Source of the DNA: Eledone cirrhosa
Lineage: Eukaryota
DNA length: 64,000 bases
Reading direction: 5' to 3'
Assembly (NCBI GenBank): GCA_964016885.1
Contig: OZ024742.1
Location: 367,040,001-367,104,000, forward strand
Shown: one piece after another, positions 1 to 17,699 of the stretch
Layout of the letters: each line of letters begins with the position of its first letter
Numbering within the stretch: the stretch's first letter is position 1
The notes under the pieces: generated by a model
Seen by the model: the letters and a program-made list of their open reading frames with translations, nothing else
Told to the model about the DNA's origin: nothing
Database searches by the model: none
Position numbers and translations under genes: made by a program

Positions 1-3000
1 TCTATACATACATGGAGACACTCATATAAACATGCATGTCTATATATACATGGAGACACACATATAAACATACATGTCTATATATATACATGGAGACACA
101 CATATAAATATACATGTCTATATATACATGGAGACACACATATAAACATACATGTCTATATATACATGGAGACACATATAAACATACATGTCTATATATA
201 CATGGAGACACACATATAAACATACATGTCTATATATACATGGAGACACTCATATAAACATACATGTCTATATATACATGGAGACACATATATAAACATA
301 CATGTCTATATATACATGGAGACACTCATAAACATACATGTCTATATATACATGGAGACACATACAAACATACATGTCTATATATACATGGAGACACATA
401 TAAACATACATGTCTATATATACATGGATACACACATATAAACATACATGACTATATATACATGGAGACACACACATAAACATACATGTCGATATATACA
501 TGGAGAAACACATATAAACATACATGCCAATATATACATGGAGACACTCATATAAACATACATGTCTATATATACATGGAGACACACATATAAACATACA
601 TGTCTATATATACATGGAGACACATATATAAACATACATGTCTATATATACATGGAGACACACATATAAACATACAGGTCAATATATACATGGAGACACA
701 CATATAAACATACATGACTATATATACATGGAGACACACACATAAACATACATGTCGATATATACATGGAGAAACACATATAAACATACATGCCAATATA
801 TACATGGAGACACTCATATAAACATACATGTCTATATATACATGGAGACACACATATAAACATACATGTCTATATATACATGGAGACACATATATAAACA
901 TACATGTCTATATATACATGGAGACACACATATAAACATACAGGTCAATATATACATGGAGACACATATAAACATACATGTCTATATATACATGGAGACA
1001 CTCATATAAACATACATGTCTATATATACATGGAGACACACATATAAACATACATGTCTATACATACATGGAGACACTCATATAAACATATATGTCTATA
1101 TATACATGGAGACACATATATAAACATACATGTCTATACATACATGGAGACCCTCATATAAACATATATGTCTATATATACATGGAGACACATATATAAA
1201 CATACATGTCTATATATACATGGAGACACATATAAATATACATGTTTATATATACATGGAGACACACATATAAACATACATGTCTATATATACATGGAAA
1301 CACACATATAAACATACATGTCTATATATACATGGAGACACATATATAAACATACATGTCTATATATACATGGAGACACACATATAAACATACAGGTCAA
1401 TATATACATGGAGACACATATAAACATACATGTCTATATATACATGGAGACACTCATATAAACATACATGTCTATATATACATGGAGACACACATATAAA
1501 CATACATGTCTATACATACATGGAGACACTCATATAAACATATATGTCTATATATACATGGAGACACATATATAAACATACATGTCTATACATACATGGA
1601 GACCCTCATATAAACATATATGTCTATATATACATGGAGACACATATATAAACATACATGTCTATATATACATGGAGACACATATAAATATACATGTTTA
1701 TATATACATGGAGACACACATATAAACATACATGTCTATATATACATGGAAACACACATATAAACATACATGTCTATATATACATGGAGACACATATATA
1801 AACATACATGTCTATATATACATGGAGACACACATATAAACATACAGGTCAATATATACATGGAGACACATATAAACATACATGTCTATATATACATGGA
1901 GACACTCATATAAACATACATGTCTATATATACATGGAGACACACATATAAACATACATGTCTATACATACATGGAGACACTCATATAAACATACATGTC
2001 TATATATACATGGAGACACATATATAAACATACATGTCTATATATACATGGAGACACATATAAATATACATGTTTATATATACATGGAGACACACATATA
2101 AACATACATGTCTATATATACATGGAGACACACATATAAACATACATGTCTATATATACATGGAGACACACATATAAACATACATGTCTATACATACATG
2201 GAGACACTCATATAAACATACATGTCTATATATACATGGAGACACACATATAAACATACAGGTCAATATATACATGTAGACACATATAAACATACATGTC
2301 TATATATACATGGAGACACTCATATAAACATACATGTCTATATATACATGGAGACACACATATAAACATACATGTCTATACATACATGGAGACACTCATA
2401 TAAACATACATGTCTATATATACATGGAGACACATATATAAACATACATGTCAATATATACATGGAGACACATATAAATATACATGTTTATATATACATG
2501 GAGACACACATATAAACATACATGTCTATATATACATAGAGACACACATAATTACATACATGTCAATATATACATGGAGACACATATATAAACATACATG
2601 TCTATATATACATGGACACACTCATATAAACATACATGTCTATATATACATGGAGACACACATATAAACATACATGTCTATACATACATGGAGACACTCA
2701 TATAAACATACATGTCTATATATACATGGAGGCACATATATAAACATACATGTCTATATATACATAGAGACACATATAAATATACATGTTTATATATACA
2801 TGGAGACAAACATATAAACATACATGTCTATATATACATGGAGACACACATATAAACATACATGTCTATATATACATGGAGACACACATATAAACATACA
2901 TGTCTATATATACATGGAGACACACATATAAACATACATGTCTATATATACATGGAGACACACATATAAACATACATGTCTATACATACATGGAGACACT

Positions 3001-6000
3001 CATATAAACATACATGTCTATATATACATGGAGACACACATATAAACATACATGTCTACATATACATGGAGACACATATAAACATACATGTCTATACATA
3101 CATGGAGACACACATATAAACATACATGTCTATATATATACATGGAGACACACATATAAACATACATGTCTATATATACATGGAGACACATATAAACATA
3201 GATGTCTTTATATACATGGAGACACACATATAAACATACATGTCTACATATACATGGAGACACATATAAACATACATGTCTATACATACATGGAGACACA
3301 CATATAAACATACATGTCTATATATATACATGGAGACACACATATAAACATACATGTCTATATATATACAGGGAGACACACATATAAACATACATGCCTA
3401 TATATACATGGAGGCACACATATAAACATACATGTCTATATATACATGGAGACACACATATAAACATACATGTCTATATATAAATGGAGACACATATAAA
3501 CATACATGTCTATATATAAATGGAGATACACATAAACATACATGTCTATATATACATGAAGACGCACATATAAACATACATGTCTATATTTATACATGGA
3601 GACACACATATAAACATACATGTCTATATATACATGGAGACACACATATAAACATACATGTCTATATATACATGGAGACACACATATAAACATTCATGTC
3701 TATATATACATGGATAAACTCATATAATCATACATGTCTATATATACATGGAGACACATATATAAACATACATGTCTATATATACATGGAGACACATATA
3801 AACATACATATCAATATATACATGGAGACAGATATAAACAAACATGTCTATATATACATGGAGACACTCATAAAAATACATGTCTATATATACATGGAGA
3901 CACATATAAACATACGTGTCTATATATACATGGAGCCATATATAAACATACATGTCTATATATACATGGAAACACACATATAAACATACATGTCTATATA
4001 TACATGGAGACACACACATAAACATAAATGTCGAAATATACATGGTGACACACATATAAACATACATGCCAATATATACATGGAGACACTCATATAAACA
4101 TACATGTCTATATATACATGGAGACACACATATAAACATACATGTCTATATATACATGGAGACACATATAAACATACAGGTCTATATATACATGGAGACA
4201 CACATATAAACATACATGTCTATATATACATGGAGACACATATAAACATACAGGTCTATATATACATGGAGACACACATATAAACATACATGTCTATATA
4301 TACATGGAGACACACATAAACATACATGTCTATATATACATGGAGACACACATATAAACATACATGTCTATACATACATGGAGACACACATATAAACATA
4401 CATGTCTATATATACATGGAGACACACATATAAACATACATGTCTATATATACATGGAGACACACATGTACATACATGTCTATATATACATGGAGACACA
4501 TATAAACATACATGTCTATATATACATGGAGACACATATAAACATACATGTCTATATATACATGGAGACACACATATAAACATACATGTCTATATATACA
4601 TGGAGAGACATATAAACATACATGTCTATATATACATGGAGACACACATATAAACATACATGTCTATATATACATGGAGACACACATATAAACATACATG
4701 TCTATATATACATGGAGACACACATATAAACATACATGTCTATATATACATGGAGACACATATAAACATACATGTCTATATATACATGGAGACACACATA
4801 TAAACATACATGTCTACATATACATGGAGACACATATAAACATACATGTCTATACATACATGGAGAGACACACATAAACATACATGTCTATATATATACA
4901 TGGAGACACACATATAAACATACATGTCTATATATATACAGGGAGAGACACATATAAACATACATGTCTATATATACATGGAGGCACACATATAAACATA
5001 CATGTCTATATATACATGGAGACACTCATATAAACATACATGTCTATATATACATGGAGAAACATATAAACATACATGTCTATATATACATGGAGACACA
5101 TATAAACATACATGTCTATATATATACATGGAGACACGTATAAACATACATGTCTATATATATACATGGAGATACACATATAAACATACATGTCAATATA
5201 TACATTGAGACACATATAAACATACATGTCAATATATATACATGGAGACACTCATATAAACATACATGTCTCTATATACATGGAGAAACATATAAACATA
5301 CATGTCAATATATACATGGAGACACATATAAACATACATGTCAATATTTACATGGAGACACATGTATAAACATACATGTCTATATATACATGGAGACACA
5401 TATATACATACATGTCTATATATACATGGAGACACATAAACATACATGTCTATATATACATGGAGACACACATATATATACATGTCTAAATATACATGGA
5501 GACACATATAAACATACATGTCTATATATACATGGAGACACATATAAACATACATGTCTATATATACATGGAGGCACACATATAAACATACATGTCTATT
5601 TATACATGGAGACATACATATAAACATACATGTCTATATATACATGGAGACACATATAAAAATACATGTCTATATATACATGGAGACACATATAAACATA
5701 CATGTCAATATATATATGGAGGCACACATATAAACATACATGTCTATATATACATGGAGACACATATAAACATACATGTCTATATATACATGGAGGCACA
5801 CATATAAACATACATGTCTATATATACATAGAGACACACATATAAACATACATGTCTATATATACATGGAGACACACATATACACATACATGTCTATATA
5901 TACATGGAGACACACATATAAACATACATGTCTATATATACAGGGAGACACATATAAACATACATGTCTATATATACATGGAGACACACATATAAACATA

Positions 6001-9000
6001 CATGTCAATATATACATGGAGACACACATATAAACATACATGTCTATATATACATGGAGACACTCATAGAAACATACATGTCTATATATACATGGAGACA
6101 CATATATAAACATACATGTCTATATATACATGGAGTGACTCATATAAACATACATGTCAATATATACATGGAGACACATATATAAACATACATGTCTATA
6201 TATACATGGAGACACATATAAACATACATGTCTATATATATACATGGAGACACATATAAACAAACATGTCTATATATATACATGGAGATACACATATAAA
6301 CATACATGTCAATATATACATGGAGACACACATAAACATACATGTCAATATATACATGGAGACACATATAAACATACATGTCAATATATATACATGGAGA
6401 CACTCATATAAACATACATGTCTATATATACATGGAGAAACATATAAACATACATGTCAATATATACATGGAGACACATATAAACATACATGTCAATATT
6501 TACATGGAGACACATGTATAAACATACATGTCTATATATACGTGGAGACACATATATACATACATGTCTATATATACATGGAGACACATAAACATACATG
6601 TCTATATATACATGGAGACACTCATATAAACATACATGTCTATATATATACATCGAGACACACATATAAACATACATGTCTATATATACATGGAGACACA
6701 CATATAAACATACATGTCTATATATACATGGAGACACTCATATAAACATACATGTCTATATATATACATGGAGACACATATAAACATACATGTCTATATA
6801 TACATGGAGACACTCATATAAACATACATGTCTATATATATACATGGAGACACATATAAACATACATATCTATATATACATGGAGACACACATATAAACA
6901 TACATGTCAATATATACATGGAGACACATATATAAACATACATGTCTATATATACATGGAGACACACATATACATACATGTCTATATATACATGGAGACA
7001 CACATATAAACATACATGTCAATATATACATTGAGACACACATATAAACATACATGTCTATATATACATGGAGACACATATATACATACATGTCTATATA
7101 TACATGGAGACACATAAACATACATGTCTATATATACATGGAGTCACACATATATATACATGTCTAAATATACATGGAGACACATATAAACATACATGTC
7201 TATATATACATGGAGACACACATATAAACATACATGTCTATATATACATGGAGACACTCATATAAACATACATGTCTATATATATACATCGAGACACATA
7301 TAAACTTACATGTCTATATATACATGGAGACACTCATATAAACATACATGTCTATATATATACATGGAGACACATATCAACATACATGTCTATATATACA
7401 TGGAGACACACATATAAACATACATGTCAATATATACATGGAGACACATATATAAACATACATGTTTATATATACATGGAGACACACATATACATACATG
7501 TCTATATATACATGGAGACACACATATAAACATACATGTCAATATATACATGGAGACACACATATAAACATACATGTCTATATATACACGGAGACATACA
7601 TATACATACATGTCTATATATACATGGAGACACATATAAACATACATGTCTATATATACATGGAGACACACATATAAACATACATGTCTATATATACATG
7701 GAGACACACATATAAACATACATGTCTATATATACATGGAGACACACATATAAACATATATGTCTATATATACATGGAGACACTCATATAAACATACATG
7801 TCTATATAAACATGGAGACACTCATATAAACATACATGTCTATATATACATGGAGACACATATAAACATACATGTCTATATATCCATGGAGACACACATA
7901 TAAACATACATGTCAATATTTACATGGAGACACATATATAAACATACATGTCTATATATACATGGAGACACACATATACATACATGTCTATATATACATG
8001 GAGACACATATAAACCTACATGTCTATATATACATGGAGACACACATATAAACATACATGTCAATATATACATGGAGACACACATATAAACATACATGTC
8101 TATATATACATGGAGACACTCATATAAACATACATGTCTATATATACATGGAGACACATATATAAACATACATGTCTATATATACATGGAGAGACTCATA
8201 TAAACATACATGTCCATATATACATGGAGACACATATATAAACATACATGTCTATATATACATGGAGACACTCATATAAACATATATGTCTATATATATA
8301 CATGGAGACACATATAAACATACATGTCTATATATACATGGAGACACAGATATAAACATACATGTCTATATATATACATGGAGACACGTATAAACATACA
8401 TGTCTATATATATACATGGAGATACACATATAAACATACATGTCAATATATACATGGAGACACACATAAACATACATGTCAATATATACATGGAGACACA
8501 TATAAACATACATGTCAATATATATACATGGAGACACTTATATAAACATACATGTCTATATATACATGGAGAAACATATAAACATACATGTCAATATATA
8601 CTTGGAGACATATATAAACATACATGTCAATATTTACATGGAGACACATGTATAAACATACATGTCTATATATACATGGAGACACATATATACATACATG
8701 TCTATATATACATGGAGACACATAAACATACATGTCTATATATACATGGAGACACACATATATATACATGTCTAAATATACATGGAGACACATATAAACA
8801 TACATGTCTATATATACATGGAGACACATATAAACATACATGTCTATATATACATGGAGGCACACATATAAACATACATGTCTATATATACATGGGGACA
8901 CACATATAAACATACATGTCTATATATACATGGAGACACACATATAAACATACATGTCTATATATACATGGAGACACATATAAACATACATGTCTATATA

Positions 9001-12000
9001 TACATGGAGACACACATATAAACATACATGTCTACATATACATGGAGAAACATATAAGCATACATGTCTATACATACATGGAGACACACATATAAACATA
9101 CATGTCTATATATATACATGGAGACACATATATAAACATACATGTCTATATATATACAGGGAGACACACATATAAACATACATGTCTATATATACATGGA
9201 GGCACACATATAAACATACATGTCTATATATACATGGAGACACACATATAAACATACATGTCTATATATACATGGAGACACATATAAACATACATGTCTA
9301 TATATACATGGAGACACATATAAACATACATGTCTATATATACATGGAGGCACACATATAAACATACATGTCTATATATACATGGAGACACACATATAAA
9401 CATACATGTCTATATATACATGGAGACACACATATACACATACATGTCTATATATACATGGAGAAACATATAAACATACATGTCTATATATACATGGAGA
9501 GACATATAAACATACATGTCAATATATACATGGAGGCACACATATAAACATACATGTCTATATATACATGGAGACACATATAAACATACATGTCTATATA
9601 TACATGGAGACACATATAAACATACATGTCTATATATACATGGAGGCACACATATAAACATACATGTCTATATATACATGGAGACACACATATAAACATA
9701 CATGTCTATATATACATGGAGACACACATATACACATACATGTCTATATATACATGGAGACACACATATAAACATACATGTCTATATATACATGGAGACA
9801 CATATAAACATACATGTCTATATATACATGGAGACACACATATAAACATACATATCAATATATACATGGAGACACACATATAAACATACATGTCTATATA
9901 TACATGGAGACACTCATAGAAACATACATGTTTATATATACATGGAGACACATATATAAACATACATATCTATATATACATGGAGAGACTCATATAAACA
10001 TACATGTCAATATATACATGGAGACACATATATAAACATACATGTCTATATATACATGGAAACACTCATATAAACATATATGTCTATATATATACATGGA
10101 GACACATATAAACATACATGTCTATATATATACATGGAGACACATATAAACAAACATGTCTATATATATACATGGAGATACACATATAAACATACATGTC
10201 AATATATACATGGAGACACAAATAAACATACATGTCTATATATACATGGAGAAACATATAAACATACATGTCAATATATACATGGAGACACATATAAACA
10301 TACATGTCAATATATATACATGGAGACACTCATATAAACATACATGTCTATATATACATGGAGAAACATATAAACATACATGTCAATATATACATGGAGA
10401 CACATATAAACATACATGTCAATATTTACATGGAGACACATGTATAAACATACATGTCTATATATACATGGAGACACATATATACATACATGTCTATATA
10501 TACATGGAGACACATAAACATACATGTCTATATATACATGGAGACACATATATAAACATACATGTCTATATATACATGGAGACACATAAACATACATGTC
10601 TATATATACATGGAGACACACATATATATACATGTCTAAATATACATGGAGACACATATAAACATACATGTCTATATATACATGGAGACACATATAAACA
10701 TACATGTCTATATATACATGGAGGCACACATATAAACATACATGTCTATTTATACATGGAGACACACATATAAACATACATGTCTATATATACATGGAGA
10801 CACATATAAACATTCATGTCTATATATACATGGAGACACATATAAACATACATGTTTATATATACATGGAGACACACATATAAACATACATGTCTACATA
10901 TACATGGAGACACACATATAAACATACATGTCTATATATACATGGAGACACACATATAAACATACATGTCTATATATACATGGAGACACATATAAACATA
11001 CATGTCTATATATACATGGAGGCACACATATAAACATACATGTCTATATATACATGGAGACACATATAAACATACATGTCTACATATACATGGAGACACA
11101 GATATAAACATACATGTCTATATATACATGGAGACACTCATATAAACATACATGTCTAAATATACATGGAGACACTCATATAAACATACATATCTATATA
11201 TACATGGAGACACATATAAACATACATGTCTATATATACATGGAGACACATATAAACATACATGTCTATATATCCATGGAGACACACATATAAACATACA
11301 TGTCAATATATACATGGAGACACATATATAAACATACATGTCTATATATACATGGAGACACACATATACATACATGTCTATATATACATGGAGACACATA
11401 TAAACCTACATGTCTATATATACATGGAGACACACATATAAACATACATGTCAATATATACATGGAGACACACATATAAACATACATGTCTCTATATACA
11501 TGGAGACACTCATAGAAACATACATGTATATATATACATGGAGACAGATATATAAACATACATGTCTATATATACATGGAGAGACTCATATAAACATCCA
11601 TGTCAATATATACATGGAGACACATATATAAACATACATGTCTATATATACATGGAGACACTCATATAAACATATATGTCTATATATATACATGGAGACA
11701 CACATATAAACATACATGTCTATATATACATGGAGACAGATATAAACATACATGTCTATATATATACATGGAGACACATATAAACATACATGTCTATATA
11801 TATACATGGAGACACATATAAACAAACATGTCTATATATATACATGGAGATACACATATAAACATACATGTCAATATATACATGGAGACACACATAAACA
11901 TACATGTCTATATATACATGGAGAAACATATAAACATACTTGTCAATATATACATGGAGACACATATAAACATACATGTCAATATATATACATGGAGACA

Positions 12001-12668
12001 CTCATATAAACATACATGTCTATATATACATGGAGAAACATATAAACATACATGTATATATATACATGGAGACACATATAAACATACATGTCAATATTTA
12101 CATGGAGACACATGTATAAACATACATGTCTATATATACACGGAGACACATATATATATACATGTCTATATATACATGGAGACACATAAACATACATGTC
12201 TATATATACATGGAGACACACATATATATACATGTCTAAATATACATGGAGACACATATAAACATACATGTCTATATATACATGGAGACACACATATAAA
12301 CATACATGTCTATATATACATGGAGACACTCATATAAACATACATGTCTATATATATACATGGAGACACATATAAACATACATGTCTATATATACATGGA
12401 GACACTCATATAAACATACATGTCTATATATATACATGGAGACACATATAAACATACATGTCTATATATACATGGAGACACACATATACATACATGTCTA
12501 TATATACATGGAGACACACATATAAACATACATGTCAATATATACATGGAGACACACATATAAACATACATGTCTATATATACATGGAGACACACATATA
12601 CATACATGTCTATATATACATGGAGACACATATAAACATACATGTCTATATATACATGGAGACACACA
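1..12668. repeat. Tandem satellite, 36-40-bp unit CATGGAGACAC(AC/TC/AT)ATATAAACATACATGTCTATATATA, with higher-order structure
   Basis: The unit is read directly and continuously from base 1 to about 12668. All ORFs here are translations of the repeat. Confidence 0.97.
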
Positions 12669-12736
12669 GAGCAGTGAAAACCATATAAACTGACATGACA
12701 TGGATACAAATTCACACAAACACACTAAAACGTGCA

Positions 12737-12801
<65 letters not shown>

Positions 12802-12838
12802 CTCTATCTCTCTATCTATCTATCTATCTATCTCTCTC
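12737..12838. repeat. (TATC)n microsatellite
   Basis: Direct sequence; it abuts the 5' end of the Tx1-like LINE. Confidence 0.95.
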
Positions 12839-13052
12839 TTTACGATGGACACATGTGCTGAGCTCGCTCGGTAAGTTTTGTTTAAATTCATCCGGAAATT
12901 GTAAACTGTAAACTTTAATTTTTGTACCATTTTGTAGAGGGACTGCCAGGTCAAACTTTGATCTGGTCAGTCTCTCAAAATATTCTACGCCTTTAGGCGA
13001 AATAGTTAAACAAAAAAAGTTTTTTCTTGTTGAAAAGTTAACATTTTTTAAA

Positions 13053-14555
13053 ATGGCTGAAGCTTCTTCACCAACATTCGAAGGAGGAAAGGGGAAGATA
13101 AACTTACAGCTTCCCCCTGCCACTGTCACAGTAGCAGAGGTCAAGAAGAAAGGTCAGCCAGAGGAAGGATTTCCTCCACCTGTTAACCGACAACTTGACG
13201 TTGCCATGGCAACAACCCAAAGAACCAGCGGCACCAGCAACAGCAACAACAACAACAATGCGACGGACGAAAACAACACCAGTAACAATAACAACAACAA
13301 CAAGACCAATATCCGTGACAACAACAACAATGATAACAACAACACCACCAACGACAACAACAACACAAACAAAAAAAATTACTCCTTCGCCGAGACGACA
13401 AGGAAAACCCTCGACTATCTGCCAGTAGATATAACCAAAGCGAATGAGCTACTGGCAGATGCCAAAAAATATATAGTGTACGGTGAAAATGGTTCATTCA
13501 CAATCCATTCCCCCCCCCCCCCGGAACTAAAAAGCCAGAGACTCCTAAACACTGTCATGTTTAGGACAATCTCGAACAAAAGTAAAAAACCAGCTCAACC
13601 ATCACAGAGTGAGATAGAGCTGGATTTAAAAGACGTTATGAAAGACATCACCTTCATTCAGAAGGATAGACTCTACGGGAGTCTATCCATTTTCATGAAG
13701 GACAGGGACACAGCAGTGAAACTGTCCATCAAACCAATCACATCCACCGCATACACCTTCTACCCTACGTACATGGGTAGAAGAACACAAAAAATAAAAA
13801 TCCACACTATCCTGCCGATTATGGACATATGGTGGGTTTTGACAGGTTTCCTGGACCTGGAGGATGACATGCTGGTGTCCATGGGAAAGGCATCGGGTGA
13901 CGCGTTCAGTGGAACGAGCCTCGAACTTGTAGTTCAAATGAGGCCCGAAAGGATCGCCCAGATCCCTGAGCGCGTCATACTGGATGATCTAACCTTCATC
14001 AACATTACCGTTGAGGGTAGGCGGCCCTCGTGTTACCTCTGCGGAACCAGAGGTCACCTGAGGGCTGTCTGTCCCCAACTTAATAAGAAAACCCCAATCC
14101 TGCCTACACCACCAACAACTGCACAACCGACACAATCACCACAACTACCACTACAAAAACAACCACCACAGCTCAAACCAAAACAAAACAATGTCCAACC
14201 CATCCCCTCCACTCAAAAAACAAAAACAATTTCCAAAACACCCGCACCGCAAATACAACCCGAAAATATACCCCTCCCCTCCAACGCGGAAGATGACCCT
14301 AGTTCGTCGTCAGACGAGGAGGAGCACTTCCACACAATCAAAAGAAAAAAAAGAAAACACACCTCAGACACACAAATGAAAACAGCCCCTACCCCAAAAC
14401 ATAACACTGACACCAACACAAAAGAGCTCACAACAACAGCAAACAAAAAACACCACACAAAAACAAAAACATGCATACACATACATAAACACAAGAAACA
14501 AAAAACTGTTAAACATTGTGTACAACAACAATCTAATAAAAACACAAGGGCCTAA
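13053..14555 (+). CDS. LINE ORF1 gag-like protein with CCHC zinc knuckle; C-terminus probably frameshifted into 14518-14853
   Basis: 500-aa ORF with CYLCGTRGHLRAVC (CX2CX4HX4C), a poly-Asn tract and a Pro/Lys-rich tail, directly upstream of APE-RT. Confidence 0.8.
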   Translation: MAEASSPTFEGGKGKINLQLPPATVTVAEVKKKGQPEEGFPPPVNRQLDVAMATTQRTSGTSNSNNNNNATDENNTSNNNNNNKTNIRDNNNNDNNNTTNDNNNTNKKNYSFAETTRKTLDYLPVDITKANELLADAKKYIVYGENGSFTIHSPPPPELKSQRLLNTVMFRTISNKSKKPAQPSQSEIELDLKDVMKDITFIQKDRLYGSLSIFMKDRDTAVKLSIKPITSTAYTFYPTYMGRRTQKIKIHTILPIMDIWWVLTGFLDLEDDMLVSMGKASGDAFSGTSLELVVQMRPERIAQIPERVILDDLTFINITVEGRRPSCYLCGTRGHLRAVCPQLNKKTPILPTPPTTAQPTQSPQLPLQKQPPQLKPKQNNVQPIPSTQKTKTISKTPAPQIQPENIPLPSNAEDDPSSSSDEEEHFHTIKRKKRKHTSDTQMKTAPTPKHNTDTNTKELTTTANKKHHTKTKTCIHIHKHKKQKTVKHCVQQQSNKNTRA

Positions 14556-14877
14556 CTTCACCCAGGCAGGAGATTTCCCCCACCTCAAAATGATTAAGGC
14601 CCCACAGGACACCTATAAAACTTTAAAAAACAATTTTAAAGAGGACGTGGGTCCCCCCTGTGTCGGGCCCATTAACCGCGTCCTCCTAAAAAACTACCCC
14701 ACCCCCTCCCCAAACACCCACACAACTCCAAACTCCCCAACCACACAACACACTGATGCCCCTACACTTCCACAAACCACCACCCCACCCAACAACCCAT
14801 CCCCCACCCTAATGGAAATTGTGCAGCCCGATACCCGGGACGCAGAGAGGTAAGCGCCTTTTCTCTTCACCACCAAC

Positions 14878-17148
14878 ATGGCTATGCTAAGAGTAGGCTG
14901 TTTAAATGCGCGTGGTCTGGGCTCAACTTGGAAGCAAGCAATGCTTCTAAATGACCTCAGGTCACAACGTATAGATATGATGGTTATTTGCGAGGCCCGG
15001 ATCAGCAACTTGCGACAGCTGGCCCCCACCTTTGATGACTTTGAGATGCACGCATCTCTCTGTCAGCCCGGAGGTGGGGGTGGGGTTGTCGTTCTGCTGC
15101 AAAAACATCTGGGTCTCGCAACACAGATGGTACATTTGGACCCGGGGGGTCGATTAGTGGTTCTGGACCTTGGCAGTGGTAAAGGCGGAGCGTTTAGGTT
15201 GGTAGCCGCCTACGGCCCTTTCGGGTCAATGCGGCCGGACTTCTTCCATCGTCTGGAGACTTTTCTAGGGACGTCCCGCTCTTTGCTATTAGTGGGGGAC
15301 TGGTATGGTATCCTAGATGCACGCTGGGACTACGCAGGGGCCTGTCCCGATAGAGAGGGGTGTAATAGCCTCAAAGGGTTAATCGGTCGATTTGACCTGG
15401 CCGATAGATATCGACTAGATTTTCCGACTGCGCCAACCTGGACTTGGGCAAATCGTAGCGGATCATCTAGGTCGTACCTAGATAGGTTCTTAGTTAGAAT
15501 TAAGGATAAGGACTTTTTAAGTTGTCCAAAATGCGCATGGTTGGCTATTCAGACCACAAACTAGTGACCTGCATGGTCAACCGTGACAGAACTCATAGAC
15601 AGGGACCCGGTTACTGGAAGCTCAACTTGTCCTTACCGGCAAGTAAGGCTTACAGGGACCGGATTAGCACTTTAGTTAAGGAGCGGTTGACGGGCGCCAT
15701 CGTCAACAGCAGGTGGTGGGGATCTCTCAAAAGAGAGATTAGAGTAGTCTCTATAGAATTTAGTAAGGAGTTAGCCTCAAATAGCAATAGGAAGGAAAGG
15801 GAGTTGGTAGATAGTGTAGAAGAGGCAATTAGAAGCGGCGACGTGGCCAGAGTGCTAGCGTCGAGAACGGCCCTGGGCCAGTTCTTCGACACGAAACACG
15901 AAGGCTGCATCGTCCGAAGCAAAATACGTACTCTGGGAAACGAGGGGACCAAAGCTGTTAGCTGGGCCCGCGTGACAGAAGCCAAAAGAGGGAGCAGATC
16001 CACTATCCGGTCTTTGCGAGATCAGGACGGACGGGTGATCCTTGAACCTAAGCAAATGTGCGAGGCTTTTCAAAAGTACTTTGCCGGATTGTTCGGAAGG
16101 GGCGGGGGGCCGGTTGAGGATGTGGACTTCGGTCCATACCTCGACGGCCTGCCGCGTCTCTCGGACAGGGAGGCGAAGTCCTGCGAGGAGCCGATTTCAG
16201 CCGCTGAGATAGAGGACGTGCTGAGCCAATGCGGCAAACGCAAATCCCCGGGTCTCGATGGTCTTCCATACGAACTATATCTAGTTATGCCGGACTTGTT
16301 CCCCGATCTCCTCGAGGCGGTCTACTGCAACTGGCAACAGAACGGGAGAATTCCCTGTGCTGTGACCAAGGGCGTAGTCACGCTAGTGAGGAAGGACGAG
16401 AACAAGGGGGACGATATAAATAACTTCAGGCCCATAACTCTGCTAAACACAGAGTTACAGATTTTGACCAAGGTGCTAGCAAAGAGGTTGGCGCTTGTCG
16501 TGGGCAACCTGGTGGGAGATGCGCAGACATGTGCTATCCAGTCCAGGTCCATCCACGACAACCTCCACCTCATGCGATACATCATAGAGAGGGTTGGGAA
16601 CGAACCCGGCTTTGGTGGGGCCCTGATCAACTTGGATCAAACTTAGGCATTCGATAGGGTCGACCATGGTTACCTGGATGCGGTGCTAGCGGCGGCAGGC
16701 TTCGGACCAGTTTTCAGGGGCTGGATCAATGCCATGCACAGCAGCCGCATCTGCTCTAGGGTCAAGGTGAACGGCTACCTCTCGGAGCCGTTCGAAATCG
16801 CGCGGTCCATCCGACAGGGGTGCCCTCTCTCCTCCCTTCTGTATGTAATGACTCTAGAGCCACTGCTGCGGAAGTTGGAGTTGTTGCAGGGCATCCCGTT
16901 GGAACCGGGATTGCGGAAAGCGGTGTCAGCCTACGCCGATGACGTAACAGTAATAGTGTCGACGGCCTCGGAAATCAGGGCGATCGGCACCTTACTGGAG
17001 GAGTACGAAAGGTTTACAGGAGCTAAGCTGAACCGGGACAAGTCGATCGGTCTGCAACTCGGCACGTGGAGGGGCAGATCGATGCCCTCCGATGGCGTCG
17101 TCGGGCGCTGGACGGAGGGTCCGGTGAAGTTGCTCGGGGTCTGGTTGT
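14878..17148 (+). pseudogene. LINE ORF2 (AP endonuclease + reverse transcriptase), Tx1/L1-like, disrupted
   Basis: APE motifs GCLNARG, VGDW, LDRFLV, SDH. RT motifs KSPGLDGLPYELY, FRPITLLNTE, LDQT*AFDRVDH, SIRQGCPLS, AYADDV. Frameshift near 15530, stop at 16644-16646, truncated after GVW. Confidence 0.92.
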
Positions 17149-17263
17149 CCTGGTCAGCACAAGCTGGGTGGATTTCATGAGCGAAAGGTACAGACGTCCG
17201 ACGTGAGTGAGATGTAAGCAAGAAGAGACCCACTGTAAGCCAAACGGGAGGAAGTGAAAAGGG

Positions 17264-17343
<80 letters not shown>

Positions 17344-17561
17344 GTATATATGCACGTTTTAGTGCGGGTGTGTGCATGTGTATGTGTGTGTATATATATA
17401 TATATAAGCAAAAGGGATATTCAATTTGTTGGTCATTCAACAAATATAAATGTTTATAACTGATTCAAAGCACTCGACAATATTTTCTGGAGTATCCAGG
17501 AATAACTTGAACCGTTAAGATCCTATTCCTGGTTATGTCAGTATTCATGAAACAAACTTTG

Positions 17562-17613
17562 TATTTTATCTGAAGAAAGCGTACCAAAGTTTTGAAATAT
17601 ATATAATAGAATA
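17562..17613 (+). ncRNA. Minimal type I hammerhead ribozyme in a ~250-bp element embedded in (TA)n
   Basis: TATTTTAT-CTGAAGA-AAGC..GTTT-T-GAAA-TATATA-TA-ATAGAATA: stem I pairs, core intact, palindromic stem III. Confidence 0.75.
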
Positions 17614-17652
17614 AATATGGTTTTATAAATATAGTTTCGATTTATTTAATAT

Positions 17653-17699
<47 letters not shown>

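Larger units (their letters stand above)
12839..17265 (+). mobile_element. Tx1/L1-clade non-LTR retrotransposon, decayed, C-terminal part of ORF2 missing
   Basis: ORF1 with a zinc knuckle is followed by an APE-RT ORF2. The element is flanked by (TATC)n and (TA)n. The 3' boundary at 17150-17265 (putative 3' UTR) is inferred. Confidence 0.85.

Noticed and set aside
1-12668. CRISPR-like array or repeated small proteins
   Set aside because: Units are head-to-tail with no unique spacers, there are no cas genes, and the ORFs are translations of the satellite.
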